Positions 15,290 to 31,700 of a stretch of DNA of 64,000 nt are shown piece after piece. The position numbers and the translations under genes are program-made. Origin of the DNA: Eledone cirrhosa (Eukaryota). The notes under the pieces were generated by a model. It was not told where the DNA came from, did no database searches, and saw only the letters and a list, made by a program, of their open reading frames with translations. How positions within the stretch are numbered: position 1 is the stretch's first letter; each line of letters starts with the position of its first letter. The stretch is from contig OZ024752.1 of NCBI GenBank assembly GCA_964016885.1, positions 17,856,001 to 17,920,000 on the forward strand, written 5' to 3'.

Positions 15290-18200
15290 CCACCATTCTA
15301 ACTCCTTCTTATATGGTGTACAACTCCACCATTCTAACTCCTTCATATATGGTCTACAACTCCACCATTCTAACTCCTTCTTATATGGTGTACAACTCCA
15401 CCATTCTAATTGCTTCTTATATGGTCTACAACTCCACCATTCTAACTCTTTCTTATATGGTCTACAACTCCACCATTCTAACTCCTTCTTATATGGTCTA
15501 CAACTCCACCATTCTAACTCCTTCTTATATAGTGTACAACTCCACCATTCTAACTCCTTCTTATATGGTGTACAACTCCACCATTCTAACTCCTTCTTAT
15601 ATTGTCTACAACTCCACAATTCTAACTCCTTCTTATATGGTCTACAACTCCACCATTCTAATTCCTTCTTATATGGTCTACAACTCCACCATTCTAATTC
15701 CTTCTTATATGGTGTACAACTCCACCATTCTAACTCCTTCATATATGGTCTACAACTCCACCATTCTAACTCCTTCTTATATGGTGTATAACTCCACCAT
15801 TCTAATTCCTTCTTATATGGTCTACAACTCCACCATTCTAACTCTTTCTTATATGGTCTACAACTCCACCATTCTAACTCCTTCTTATATGGTCTACAAC
15901 TCCACCATTCTAACTCCTTCGTATATGGTCTACAACTCCACCATTCAAACTCCTTATATGGTCTACAACTCCACCATTCTAACTCCGTCTTATATGGTGT
16001 ACAACTCCACCATTCTAATTCCTTCTTATATGGTCTACAACTCCACCATTCTAACTCCTTCTTATATGGTCTACAACTCCACCATTCTAACTCCCTCATA
16101 TATGGTCTACAACTCCACCATTCTAACTCCTTCTTATATGGTCTACAACTCCACCATTCTAACTCTTTCTTATATGGTGTACAACTCCACCATTCTAACT
16201 CTTTCTTATATGGTCTACAACTCCACCATTCTAACTCATTCTTATATGGTCTACAACTCCACCATTCTAACTCCTTCTTATATGGTCTACAACTCCACCA
16301 TTCTAACTCCTTCTTATATGGTGTACAACTCCACCATTCTAACTCTTTCTTATATGGTCTACAACTCCACCATTCTAACTCATTCTTATATGGTCTACAA
16401 CTCCACCATTCTAACTCCTTCTTATATGGTCTACAACTCCACCATTCTAACTCCTTCTTATATGGTCTACAACTCCACCATTCTAACTCCTCCTTATATG
16501 GTCTACAACTCCACCATTCTAATTCCTTCTTATATGGTCTACAACTCCACCATTCTAACTCCTTCTTATATGGTGTACAACTCCACCATTCTAATTCCTT
16601 CTTATATGGTACAACTCCACCATTCTAACTCTTTCTTATATGGTCTACAACTCCACCATTCTAACTCCTTCTTATATGGTCTACAACTCCACCATTCTAA
16701 CTCCTTCTTATATGGTGTACAACTCCACCATTCTAACTCTTTCTTATATGGTCTACAACTCCACCATTCTAACTCATTCTTATATGGTCTACAACTCCAC
16801 CATTCTAACTCCTTCTTATATGGTCTACAACTCCACCATTCTAACTCCTTCTTATATGGTGTACAACTCCACCATTCTAACTCCTTCTTATATGGTCTAC
16901 AACTCCACCATTCTAACTCCTTCTTATATGGTCTACAACTCCACCATTCTAACTCCTTCTTATAAGGTCTACAACTCCACCATTCTAATTCCTTCTTATA
17001 TGGTCTACAACTCCACCATTCTAACTCCTTCTTATATGGTCTACAACTCCACCATTCTAACTCCTTCTTATATGGTCTACAACTCCACCATTCTAACTCC
17101 TTCGTATATGGTCTACAACTCCACCATTCTAACTCCTTATATGGTCTACAACTCCACCATTCTAACTCCGTCTTATATGGTGTACAACTCCACCATTCTA
17201 ATTCCTTCTTATATGGTCTAAAACACCACCATTCTAATTCCTTCTTATATGGTCTACAACTCCACCATTCTAACTCCTTCATATATGGTTTACAACTCCA
17301 CCATTCTAACTCCTTCTTATATGGTCTACAACTCCACCATTCTAACTCTTCTTATATGGTGTACAACTCCACCATTCTAACTCCTTCTTATATGGTCTAC
17401 AACTCCACCATTCTAAGTCCTTCTTATATGGTCTACAACTCCACCATTCTAACTCCTTCTTATATAGTGTACAACTCCACCGTTCTAACTCCTTCTTATA
17501 TGGTGTACAACTCCACCATTCTAACTCCTTCTTATATGGTCTACAACTCCACAATTCTAACTCCTTCTTATATGGTCTACAACTCCACCATTCTAATTCC
17601 TTCTTATATGGTGTACAACTCCACCATTCTAACTCCTTCATATATGGTCTACAACTCCACCATTCTAACTCCTTCTTATATGGTGTACAACTCCACCATT
17701 CTAATTGCTTCTTATATGGTCTACAACTCCACCATTCTAACTCTTTCTTATATGGTCTACAACTCCACCATTCTAACTCCTTCTTATATTGTCTACAACT
17801 CCACCATTCTAACTCCTTCGTATATGGTCTACAACTCCACCATTCTAACTCCTTATATGGTCTACAACTCCACCATTCTAACTCCGTCTTATATGGTGTA
17901 CAACTCCACCATTCTAACTCTTTCTTATATGGTGTACAACTCCACCATTCTAACTCTTTCTTATATGGTCTACAACTCCACCATTCTAACTCCTTCTTAT
18001 ATGGTGTACAACTCCACCATTCTAACTCCTTCTTATATGGTCTACAACTCCACCATTCTAACTCCTTCTTATATGGTCTACAACTCCACCATTCTAACTC
18101 CTTCTTATATGGTCTACAACTCCACCATTCTAATTCCTTCTTATATGGTCTACAACTCCACCATTCTAACTCCTTCTTATATGGTCTACAACTCCACCAT

Positions 18201-21200
18201 TCTAACTCCTTCTTATATAGTGTACAACTCCACCATTCTAACTCCTTCTTATATGGTGTACAACTCCACCATTCTAACTCCTTCTTATATGGTCTACAAC
18301 TCCACAATTCTAACTCCTTCTTTTATGGTCTACAACTCCACCATTCTAATTCCTTCTTATATGGTCTACAACTCCACCATTCTAATTCCTTCTTATATGG
18401 TGTACAACTCCACCATTCTAACTCCTTCATATATGGTCTACAACTCCACCATTCTAACTCCGTCTTATATGGTGTACAACTCCACCATTCTAATTCCTTC
18501 TTATATGGTCTAAAACACCACCATTCTAATTCCTTCTTATATGGTCTACAACTCCACCATTCTAACTCCTTCATATATGGTTTACAACTCCACCATTCTA
18601 ACTCCTTCTTATATGGTCTACAACTCCACCATTCTAACTCTTCTTATATGGTGTACAACTCCACCATTCTAACTCCTTCTTATATGGTCTACAACTCCAC
18701 CATTCTAAGTCCTTCTTATATGGTCTACAACTCCACCATTCTAACTCCTTCTTATATAGTGTACAACTCCACCGTTCTAACTCCTTCTTATATGGTGTAC
18801 AACTCCACAATTCTAACTCCTTCTTATATGGTCTACAACTCCACAATTCTAACTCCTTCTTATATGGTCTACAACTCCACCATTCTAATTCCTTCTTATA
18901 TGGTGTACAACTCCACCATTCTAACTCCTTCATATATGGTCTACAACTCCACCATTCTAACTCCTTCTTATATGGTGTACAACTCCACCATTCTAATTGC
19001 TTCTTATATGGTCTACAACTCCACCATTCTAACTCCTTCTTATATGGTCTACAACTCCACCATTCTAATTCCTTCTTATATGGTCTACAACTCCACCATT
19101 CTAACTCCTTCTTATATGGTGTACAACTCCACCATTCTAACTCCTTCTTATATGGTGTACAACTCCACCATTCTAACTCCTTCATATATGGTCTACAACT
19201 CCACCATTCTAACTCCTTCTTATATGGTGTACAACTCCACCATTCTAATTGCTTCTTATATGGTCTACAACTCCACCATTCTAACTCTTTCTTATATGGT
19301 CTACAACTCCACCATTCTAACTCCTTCTTATATGGTCTACAACTCCACCATTCTAACTCCTTCTTATATAGTGTACAACTCCACCATTCTAACTCCTTCT
19401 TATATGGTGTACAACTCCACCATTCTAACTCCTTCTTATATTGTCTACAACTCCACAATTCTAACTCCTTCTTATATGGTCTACAACTCCACCATTCTAA
19501 TTCCTTCTTATATGGTCTACAACTCCACCATTCTAATTCCTTCTTATATGGTGTACAACTCCACCATTCTAACTCCTTCATATATGGTCTACAACTCCAC
19601 CATTCTAACTCCTTCTTATATGGTGTATAACTCCACCATTCTAATTCCTTCTTATATGGTCTACAACTCCACCATTCTAACTCTTTCTTATATGGTCTAC
19701 AACTCCACCATTCTAACTCCTTCTTATATGGTCTACAACTCCACCATTCTAACTCCTTCGTATATGGTCTACAACTCCACCATTCAAACTCCTTATATGG
19801 TCTACAACTCCACCATTCTAACTCCGTCTTATATGGTGTACAACTCCACCATTCTAATTCCTTCTTATATGGTCTACAACTCCACCATTCTAACTCCTTC
19901 TTATATGGTCTACAACTCCACCATTCTAACTCCCTCATATATGGTCTACAACTCCACCATTCTAACTCCTTCTTATATGGTCTACAACTCCACCATTCTA
20001 ACTCTTTCTTATATGGTGTACAACTCCACCATTCTAACTCTTTCTTATATGGTCTACAACTCCACCATTCTAACTCATTCTTATATGGTCTACAACTCCA
20101 CCATTCTAACTCCTTCTTATATGGTCTACAACTCCACCATTCTAACTCCTTCTTATATGGTGTACAACTCCACCATTCTAACTCTTTCTTATATGGTCTA
20201 CAACTCCACCATTCTAACTCATTCTTATATGGTCTACAACTCCACCATTCTAACTCCTTCTTATATGGTCTACAACTCCACCATTCTAACTCCTTCTTAT
20301 ATGGTCTACAACTCCACCATTCTAACTCCTCCTTATATGGTCTACAACTCCACCATTCTAATTCCTTCTTATATGGTCTACAACTCCACCATTCTAACTC
20401 CTTCTTATATGGTGTACAACTCCACCATTCTAATTCCTTCTTATATGGTACAACTCCACCATTCTAACTCTTTCTTATATGGTCTACAACTCCACCATTC
20501 TAACTCCTTCTTATATGGTCTACAACTCCACCATTCTAACTCCTTCTTATATGGTGTACAACTCCACCATTCTAACTCTTTCTTATATGGTCTACAACTC
20601 CACCATTCTAACTCATTCTTATATGGTCTACAACTCCACCATTCTAACTCCTTCTTATATGGTCTACAACTCCACCATTCTAACTCCTTCTTATATGGTG
20701 TACAACTCCACCATTCTAACTCCTTCTTATATGGTCTACAACTCCACCATTCTAACTCCTTCTTATATGGTCTACAACTCCACCATTCTAACTCCTTCTT
20801 ATAAGGTCTACAACTCCACCATTCTAATTCCTTCTTATATGGTCTACAACTCCACCATTCTAACTTCTTCTTATATGGTCTACAACTCCACCATTCTAAC
20901 TCCTTCTTATATGGTCTACAACTCCACCATTCTAACTCCTTCGTATATGGTCTACAACTCCACCATTCTAACTCCTTATATGGTCTACAACTCCACCATT
21001 CTAACTCCGTCTTATATGGTGTACAACTCCACCATTCTAATTCCTTCTTATATGGTCTAAAACACCACCATTCTAATTCCTTCTTATATGGTCTACAACT
21101 CCACCATTCTAACTCCTTCATATATGGTTTACAACTCCACCATTCTAACTCCTTCTTATATGGTCTACAACTCCACCATTCTAACTCTTCTTATATGGTG

Positions 21201-21830
21201 TACAACTCCACCATTCTAACTCCTTCTTATATGGTCTACAACTCCACCATTCTAAGTCCTTCTTATATGGTCTACAACTCCACCATTCTAACTCCTTCTT
21301 ATATAGTGTACAACTCCACCGTTCTAACTCCTTCTTATATGGTGTACAACTCCACCATTCTAACTCCTTCTTATATGGTCTACAACTCCACAATTCTAAC
21401 TCCTTCTTATATGGTCTACAACTCCACCATTCTAATTCCTTCTTATATGGTGTACAACTCCACCATTCTAACTCCTTCATATATGGTCTACAACTCCACC
21501 ATTCTAACTCCTTCTTATATGGTGTACAACTCCACCATTCTAATTGCTTCTTATATGGTCTACAACTCCACCATTCTAACTCTTTCTTATATGGTCTACA
21601 ACTCCACCATTCTAACTCCTTCTTATATTGTCTACAACTCCACCATTCTAACTCCTTCGTATATGGTCTACAACTCCACCATTCTAACTCCTTATATGGT
21701 CTACAACTCCACCATTCTAACTCCGTCTTATATGGTGTACAACTCCACCATTCTAACTCTTTCTTATATGGTGTACAACTCCACCATTCTAACTCTTTCT
21801 TATATGGTCTACAACTCCACCATTCTAACT
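15290..21830. repeat. Duplication of a ~2.7-kb block (~15290-17990 and ~19130-21830), offset 3839 bp
   Basis: ORF-boundary markers pair as 16099/19938, 16602/20441, 16965/20804, 17221/21060 and 17342/21181. GTGTATAAC, ATTCAAACT and CCCTCA variants are shared. Confidence 0.85.
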
Positions 21831-22469
21831 CATTCTTATATGGTCTACAACTCCACCATTCTAACTCCTTCTTATATGGTCTACAACTCCACCATTCTAA
21901 CTCCTTCTTATATGGTGTACAACTCCACCATTCTAACTCCTTCTTATATGGTCTACAACTCCACCATTCTAACTCCTTCTTATATGGTCTACAACTCCAC
22001 CATTCTAACTCCTCCTTATATGGTCTACAACTCCACCATTCTAATTCCTTCTTATATGGTCTACAACTCCACCATTCTAACTCCTTCTTATATGGTGTAC
22101 AACTCCACCATTCTAATTCCTTCTTATATGGTACAACTCCACCATTCTAACTCTTTCTTATATGGTCTACAACTCCACCATTCTAACTCCTTCGTATATG
22201 GTCTACAACTCCACCATTCTAACGCCTTATATGGTCTACAACTCCACCATTCTAACTCCTTCTTATATGGTGTACAACTCCACCATTCTAACTCCTTCAT
22301 ATATGGTCTACAACTCCACCATTCTAACTCCTTCTTATATGGTGTACAACTCCACCATTCTAATTGCTTCTTATATGGTCTACAACTCCACCATTCTAAC
22401 TCTTTCTTATATGGTCTACAACTCCACCATTCTAACTCCTTCTTATATGGTCTACAACTCCACCATTCT

Positions 22470-25400
22470 AACTCCTTCTTATATAGTGTACAACTCCACC
22501 ATTCTAACTCCTTCTTATATGGTGTACAACTCCACCATTCTAACTCCTTCTTATATTGTCTACAACTCCACAATTCTAACTCCTTCTTATATGGTCTACA
22601 GCTCCACCATTCTAATTCCTTCTTATATGGTCTACAACTCCACCATTCTAATTCCTTCTTATATGGTGTACAACTCCACCATTCTAACTCCTTCATATAT
22701 GGTCTACAACTCCACCATTCTAACTCCTTCTTATATGGTCTACAACTCCACCATTCTAACTCTTTCTTATATGGTGTACAACTCCACCATTCTAACTCTT
22801 TCTTATATGGTCTACAACTCCACCATTCTAACTCATTCTTATATAGTCTACAACTCCACCATTCTAACTCCTTCTTATATGGTCTACAACTCCACCATTC
22901 TAACTCCTTCTTATATGGTGTACAACTCCACCATTCTAACTCTTTCTTATATGGTCTACAACTCCACCATTCTAACTCATTCTTATATGGTCTACAACTC
23001 CACCATTCTAACTCATTCTTATATGGTCTACAACTCCACCATTCTAACTCCTTCTTATATGGTGTACAACTCCACCATTCTAACTCCTTCTTATATGGTC
23101 TACAACTCCACCATTCTAACTCCTTCTTATATGGTCTACAACTCCACCATTCTAACTCCTTCTTATATGGTCTACAACTCCACCATTCTAACTCCTTCTT
23201 ATATGGTCTACAACTCCACCATTCTAATTCCTTCTTATATGGTCTACAACTCCACCATTCTAACTCCTTCTTATATGGTGTACAACTCCACCATTCTAAT
23301 TCCTTCTTATATGGTACAACTCCACCATTCTAACTCTTTCTTATATGGTCTACAACTCCACCATTCTAACTCCTTCGTATATGGTCTACAACTCCACCAT
23401 TCTAACTCCTTATATGGTCTACAACTCCACCATTCTAACTCCTTCTTATATGGTGTACAACTCCACCATTCTAACTCCTTCATATATGGTCTACAACTCC
23501 ACCATTCTAACTCCTTCTTATATGGTGTACAACTCCACCATTCTAATTGCTTCTTATATGGTCTACAACTCCACCATTCTAACTCTTTCTTATATGGTCT
23601 ACAACTCCACCATTCTAACTCCTTCTTATATGGTCTACAACTCCACCATTCTAACTCCTTCTTATATAGTGTACAACTCCACCATTCTAACTCCTTCTTA
23701 TATGGTGTACAACTCCACCATTCTAACTCCTTCTTATATTGTCTACAACTCCACAATTCTAACTCCTTCTTATATGGTCTACAACTCCACCATTCTAATT
23801 CCTTCTTATATGGTCTACAACTCCACCATTCTAATTCCTTCTTATATGGTGTACAACTCCACCATTCTAACTCCTTCATATATGGTCTACAACTCCACCA
23901 TTCTAACTCCTTCTTATATGGTGTATAACTCCACCATTCTAATTCCTTCTTATATGGTCTACAACTCCACCATTCTAACTCTTTCTTATATGGTCTACAA
24001 CTCCACCATTCTAACTCCTTCTTATATGGTCTACAACTCCACCATTCTAACTCCTTCGTATATGGTCTACAACTCCACCATTCAAACTCCTTATATGGTC
24101 TACAACTCCACCATTCTAACTCCGTCTTATATGGTGTACAACTCCACCATTCTAATTCCTTCTTATATGGTCTACAACTCCACCATTCTAACTCCTTCTT
24201 ATATGGTCTACAACTCCACCATTCTAACTCCCTCATATATGGTCTACAACTCCACCATTCTAACTCCTTCTTATATGGTCTACAACTCCACCATTCTAAC
24301 TCTTTCTTATATGGTGTACAACTCCACCATTCTAACTCTTTCTTATATGGTCTACAACTCCACCATTCTAACTCATTCTTATATGGTCTACAACTCCACC
24401 ATTCTAACTCCTTCTTATATGGTCTACAACTCCACCATTCTAACTCCTTCTTATATGGTGTACAACTCCACCATTCTAACTCTTTCTTATATGGTCTACA
24501 ACTCCACCATTCTAACTCATTCTTATATGGTCTACAACTCCACCATTCTAACTCCTTCTTATATGGTCTACAACTCCACCATTCTAACTCCTTCTTATAT
24601 GGTCTACAACTCCACCATTCTAACTCCTCCTTATATGGTCTACAACTCCACCATTCTAATTCCTTCTTATATGGTCTACAACTCCACCATTCTAACTCCT
24701 TCTTATATGGTGTACAACTCCACCATTCTAATTCCTTCTTATATGGTACAACTCCACCATTCTAACTCTTTCTTATATGGTCTACAACTCCACCATTCTA
24801 ACTCCTTCTTATATGGTCTACAACTCCACCATTCTAACTCCTTCTTATATGGTGTACAACTCCACCATTCTAACTCTTTCTTATATGGTCTACAACTCCA
24901 CCATTCTAACTCATTCTTATATGGTCTACAACTCCACCATTCTAACTCCTTCTTATATGGTCTACAACTCCACCATTCTAACTCCTTCTTATATGGTGTA
25001 CAACTCCACCATTCTAACTCCTTCTTATATGGTCTACAACTCCACCATTCTAACTCCTTCTTATATGGTCTACAACTCCACCATTCTAACTCCTTCTTAT
25101 AAGGTCTACAACTCCACCATTCTAATTCCTTCTTATATGGTCTACAACTCCACCATTCTAACTCCTTCTTATATGGTCTACAACTCCACCATTCTAACTC
25201 CTTCTTATATGGTCTACAACTCCACCATTCTAACTCCTTCGTATATGGTCTACAACTCCACCATTCTAACTCCTTATATGGTCTACAACTCCACCATTCT
25301 AACTCCGTCTTATATGGTGTACAACTCCACCATTCTAATTCCTTCTTATATGGTCTAAAACACCACCATTCTAATTCCTTCTTATATGGTCTACAACTCC

Positions 25401-28400
25401 ACCATTCTAACTCCTTCATATATGGTTTACAACTCCACCATTCTAACTCCTTCTTATATGGTCTACAACTCCACCATTCTAACTCTTCTTATATGGTGTA
25501 CAACTCCACCATTCTAACTCCTTCTTATATGGTCTACAACTCCACCATTCTAAGTCCTTCTTATATGGTCTACAACTCCACCATTCTAACTCCTTCTTAT
25601 ATAGTGTACAACTCCACCATTCTAACTCCTTCTTATATGGTGTACAACTCCACCATTCTAACTCCTTCTTATATTGTCTACAACTCCACAATTCTAACTC
25701 CTTCTTATATGGTCTACAGCTCCACCATTCTAATTCCTTCTTATATGGTCTACAACTCCACCATTCTAATTCCTTCTTATATGGTGTACAACTCCACCAT
25801 TCTAACTCCTTCATATATGGTCTACAACTCCACCATTCTAACTCCTTCTTATATGGTCTACAACTCCACCATTCTAACTCTTTCTTATATGGTGTACAAC
25901 TCCACCATTCTAACTCTTTCTTATATGGTCTACAACTCCACCATTCTAACTCATTCTTATATAGTCTACAACTCCACCATTCTAACTCCTTCTTATATGG
26001 TCTACAACTCCACCATTCTAACTCCTTCTTATATGGTGTACAACTCCACCATTCTAACTCTTTCTTATATGGTCTACAACTCCACCATTCTAACTCATTC
26101 TTATATGGTCTACAACTCCACCATTCTAACTCATTCTTATATGGTCTACAACTCCACCATTCTAACTCCTTCTTATATGGTGTACAACTCCACCATTCTA
26201 ACTCCTTCTTATATGGTCTACAACTCCACCATTCTAACTCCTTCTTATATGGTCTACAACTCCACCATTCTAACTCCTTCTTATATGGTCTACAACTCCA
26301 CCATTCTAACTCCTTCTTATATGGTCTACAACTCCACCATTCTAATTCCTTCTTATATGGTCTACAACTCCACCATTCTAACTCCTTCTTATATGGTGTA
26401 CAACTCCACCATTCTAATTCCTTCTTATATGGTACAACTCCACCATTCTAACTCTTTCTTATATGGTCTACAACTCCACCATTCTAACTCCTTCGTATAT
26501 GGTCTACAACTCCACCATTCTAACTCCTTATATGGTCTACAACTCCACCATTCTAACTCCTTCTTATATGGTGTACAACTCCACCATTCTAACTCCTTCA
26601 TATATGGTCTACAACTCCACCATTCTAACTCCTTCTTATATGGTGTACAACTCCACCATTCTAATTGCTTCTTATATGGTCTACAACTCCACCATTCTAA
26701 CTCTTTCTTATATGGTCTACAACTCCACCATTCTAACTCCTTCTTATATGGTCTACAACTCCACCATTCTAACTCCTTCTTATATAGTGTACAACTCCAC
26801 CATTCTAACTCCTTCTTATATGGTGTACAACTCCACCATTCTAACTCCTTCTTATATTGTCTACAACTCCACAATTCTAACTCCTTCTTATATGGTCTAC
26901 AACTCCACCATTCTAATTCCTTCTTATATGGTCTACAACTCCACCATTCTAATTCCTTCTTATATGGTGTACAACTCCACCATTCTAACTCCTTCATATA
27001 TGGTCTACAACTCCACCATTCTAACTCCTTCTTATATGGTGTATAACTCCACCATTCTAATTCCTTCTTATATGGTCTACAACTCCACCATTCTAACTCT
27101 TTCTTATATGGTCTACAACTCCACCATTCTAACTCCTTCTTATATGGTCTACAACTCCACCATTCTAACTCCTTCGTATATGGTCTACAACTCCACCATT
27201 CAAACTCCTTATATGGTCTACAACTCCACCATTCTAACTCCGTCTTATATGGTGTACAACTCCACCATTCTAATTCCTTCTTATATGGTCTACAACTCCA
27301 CCATTCTAACTCCTTCTTATATGGTCTACAACTCCACCATTCTAACTCCCTCATATATGGTCTACAACTCCACCATTCTAACTCCTTCTTATATGGTCTA
27401 CAACTCCACCATTCTAACTCTTTCTTATATGGTGTACAACTCCACCATTCTAACTCTTTCTTATATGGTCTACAACTCCACCATTCTAACTCATTCTTAT
27501 ATGGTCTACAACTCCACCATTCTAACTCCTTCTTATATGGTCTACAACTCCACCATTCTAACTCCTTCTTATATGGTGTACAACTCCACCATTCTAACTC
27601 TTTCTTATATGGTCTACAACTCCACCATTCTAACTCATTCTTATATGGTCTACAACTCCACCATTCTAACTCCTTCTTATATGGTCTACAACTCCACCAT
27701 TCTAACTCCTTCTTATATGGTCTACAACTCCACCATTCTAACTCCTCCTTATATGGTCTACAACTCCACCATTCTAATTCCTTCTTATATGGTCTACAAC
27801 TCCACCATTCTAACTCCTTCTTATATGGTGTACAACTCCACCATTCTAATTCCTTCTTATATGGTACAACTCCACCATTCTAACTCTTTCTTATATGGTC
27901 TACAACTCCACCATTCTAACTCCTTCTTATATGGTCTACAACTCCACCATTCTAACTCCTTCTTATATGGTGTACAACTCCACCATTCTAACTCTTTCTT
28001 ATATGGTCTACAACTCCACCATTCTAACTCATTCTTATATGGTCTACAACTCCACCATTCTAACTCCTTCTTATATGGTCTACAACTCCACCATTCTAAC
28101 TCCTTCTTATATGGTGTACAACTCCACCATTCTAACTCCTTCTTATATGGTCTACAACTCCACCATTCTAACTCCTTCTTATATGGTCTACAACTCCACC
28201 ATTCTAACTCCTTCTTATAAGGTCTACAACTCCACCATTCTAATTCCTTCTTATATGGTCTACAACTCCACCATTCTAACTCCTTCTTATATGGTCTACA
28301 ACTCCACCATTCTAACTCCTTCTTATATGGTCTACAACTCCACCATTCTAACTCCTTCGTATATGGTCTACAACTCCACCATTCTAACTCCTTATATGGT

Positions 28401-28720
28401 CTACAACTCCACCATTCTAACTCCGTCTTATATGGTGTACAACTCCACCATTCTAATTCCTTCTTATATGGTCTAAAACACCACCATTCTAATTCCTTCT
28501 TATATGGTCTACAACTCCACCATTCTAACTCCTTCATATATGGTTTACAACTCCACCATTCTAACTCCTTCTTATATGGTCTACAACTCCACCATTCTAA
28601 CTCTTCTTATATGGTGTACAACTCCACCATTCTAACTCCTTCTTATATGGTCTACAACTCCACCATTCTAAGTCCTTCTTATATGGTCTACAACTCCACC
28701 ATTCTAACTCCTTCTTATAT
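22470..28720. repeat. Direct tandem duplication, period 3118 bp
   Basis: Markers pair as CAGCTCC 22601/25719, 23307/26425, 23928/27046, 24739/27857, 25102/28220, 25358/28476 and 25479/28597. The ORF translations in the two copies are identical. Confidence 0.9.
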
Positions 28721-31700
28721 AGTGTACAACTCCACCGTTCTAACTCCTTCTTATATGGTGTACAACTCCACCATTCTAACTCCTTCTTATATGGTCTACA
28801 ACTCCACAATTCTAACTCCTTCTTATATGGTCTACAACTCCACCATTCTAATTCCTTCTTATATGGTGTACAACTCCACCATTCTAACTCCTTCATATAT
28901 GGTCTACAACTCCACCATTCTAACTCCTTCTTATATGGTGTACAACTCCACCATTCTAATTGCTTCTTATATGGTCTACAACTCCACCATTCTAACTCTT
29001 TCTTATATGGTCTACAACTCCACCATTCTAACTCCTTCTTATATTGTCTACAACTCCACCATTCTAACTCCTTCGTATATGGTCTACAACTCCACCATTC
29101 TAACTCCTTATATGGTCTACAACTCCACCATTCTAACTCCGTCTTATATGGTGTACAACTCCACCATTCTAACTCTTTCTTATATGGTGTACAACTCCAC
29201 CATTCTAACTCTTTCTTATATGGTCTACAACTCCACCATTCTAACTCATTCTTATATGGTCTACAACTCCACCATTCTAACTCCTTCTTATATGGTCTAC
29301 AACTCCACCATTCTAACTCCTTCTTATATGGTGTACAACTCCACCATTCTAACTCCTTCTTATATGGTCTACAACTCCACCATTCTAACTCCTTCTTATA
29401 TGGTCTACAACTCCACCATTCTAACTCCTCCTTATATGGTCTACAACTCCACCATTCTAATTCCTTCTTATATGGTCTACAACTCCACCATTCTAACTCC
29501 TTCTTATATGGTGTACAACTCCACCATTCTAATTCCTTCTTATATGGTACAACTCCACCATTCTAACTCTTTCTTATATGGTCTACAACTCCACCATTCT
29601 AACTCCTTCGTATATGGTCTACAACTCCACCATTCTAACTCCTTATATGGTCTACAACTCCACCATTCTAACTCCTTCTTATATGGTGTACAACTCCACC
29701 ATTCTAACTCCTTCATATATGGTCTACAACTCCACCATTCTAACTCCTTCTTATATGGTGTACAACTCCACCATTCTAATTGCTTCTTATATGGTCTACA
29801 ACTCCACCATTCTAACTCTTTCTTATATGGTCTACAACTCCACCATTCTAACTCCTTCTTATATGGTCTACAACTCCACCATTCTAACTCCTTCTTATAT
29901 AGTGTACAACTCCACCATTCTAACTCCTTCTTATATGGTGTACAACTCCACCATTCTAACTCCTTCTTATATTGTCTACAACTCCACAATTCTAACTCCT
30001 TCTTATATGGTCTACAGCTCCACCATTCTAATTCCTTCTTATATGGTCTACAACTCCACCATTCTAATTCCTTCTTATATGGTGTACAACTCCACCATTC
30101 TAACTCCTTCATATATGGTCTACAACTCCACCATTCTAACTCCTTCTTATATGGTCTACAACTCCACCATTCTAACTCTTTCTTATATGGTGTACAACTC
30201 CACCATTCTAACTCTTTCTTATATGGTCTACAACTCCACCATTCTAACTCATTCTTATATAGTCTACAACTCCACCATTCTAACTCCTTCTTATATGGTC
30301 TACAACTCCACCATTCTAACTCCTTCTTATATGGTGTACAACTCCACCATTCTAACTCTTTCTTATATGGTCTACAACTCCACCATTCTAACTCATTCTT
30401 ATATGGTCTACAACTCCACCATTCTAACTCATTCTTATATGGTCTACAACTCCACCATTCTAACTCCTTCTTATATGGTGTACAACTCCACCATTCTAAC
30501 TCCTTCTTATATGGTCTACAACTCCACCATTCTAACTCCTTCTTATATGGTCTACAACTCCACCATTCTAACTCCTTCTTATATGGTCTACAACTCCACC
30601 ATTCTAATTCCTTCTTATATGGTCTACAACTCCACCATTCTAACTCCTTCTTATATGGTCTACAACTCCACCATTCTAACTCCTTCTTATATAGTGTACA
30701 ACTCCACCATTCTAACTCCTTCTTATATGGTGTACAACTCCACCATTCTAACTCCTTCTTATATGGTCTACAACTCCACAATTCTAACTCCTTCTTATAT
30801 GGTCTACAACTCCACCATTCTAATTCCTTCTTATATGGTCTACAACTCCACCATTCTAATTCCTTCTTATATGGTGTACAACTCCACCATTCTAACTCCT
30901 TCATATATGGTCTACAACTCCACCATTCTAACTCCTTCTTATATGGTGTACAACTCCACCATTCTAATTGCTTCTTATATGGTCTACAACTCCACCATTC
31001 TAACTCTTTCTTATATGGTCTACAACTCCACCATTCTAACTCCTTCTTATATTGTCTACAACTCCACCATTCTAACTCCTTCGTATATGGTCTACAACTC
31101 CACCATTCTAACTCCTTATATGGTCTACAACTCCACCAATCTAACTCCGTCTTATATGGTGTACAACTCCACCATTCTAACTCTTTCTTATATGGTGTAC
31201 AACTCCACCATTCTAACTCTTTCTTATATGGTCTACAACTCCACCATTCTAACTCATTCTTATATGGTCTACAACTCCACCATTCTAACTCCTTCTTATA
31301 TGGTCTACAACTCCACCATTCTAACTCCTTCTTATATGGTGTACAACTCCACCATTCTAACTCCTTCTTATATGGTCTACAACTCCACCATTCTAACTCC
31401 TTCTTATATGGTCTACAACTCCACCATTCTAACTCCTCCTTATATGGTCTACAACTCCACCATTCTAATTCCTTCTTATATGGTCTACAACTCCACCATT
31501 CTAACTCCTTATATGGTCTACAACTCCACCATTCTAACTCCTTCTTATATGGTGTACAACTCCACCATTCTAACTCCTTCATATATGGTCTACAACTCCA
31601 CCATTCTAACTCCTTCTTATATGGTGTACAACTCCACCATTCTAATTGCTTCTTATATGGTCTACAACTCCACCATTCTAACTCTTTCTTATATGGTCTA

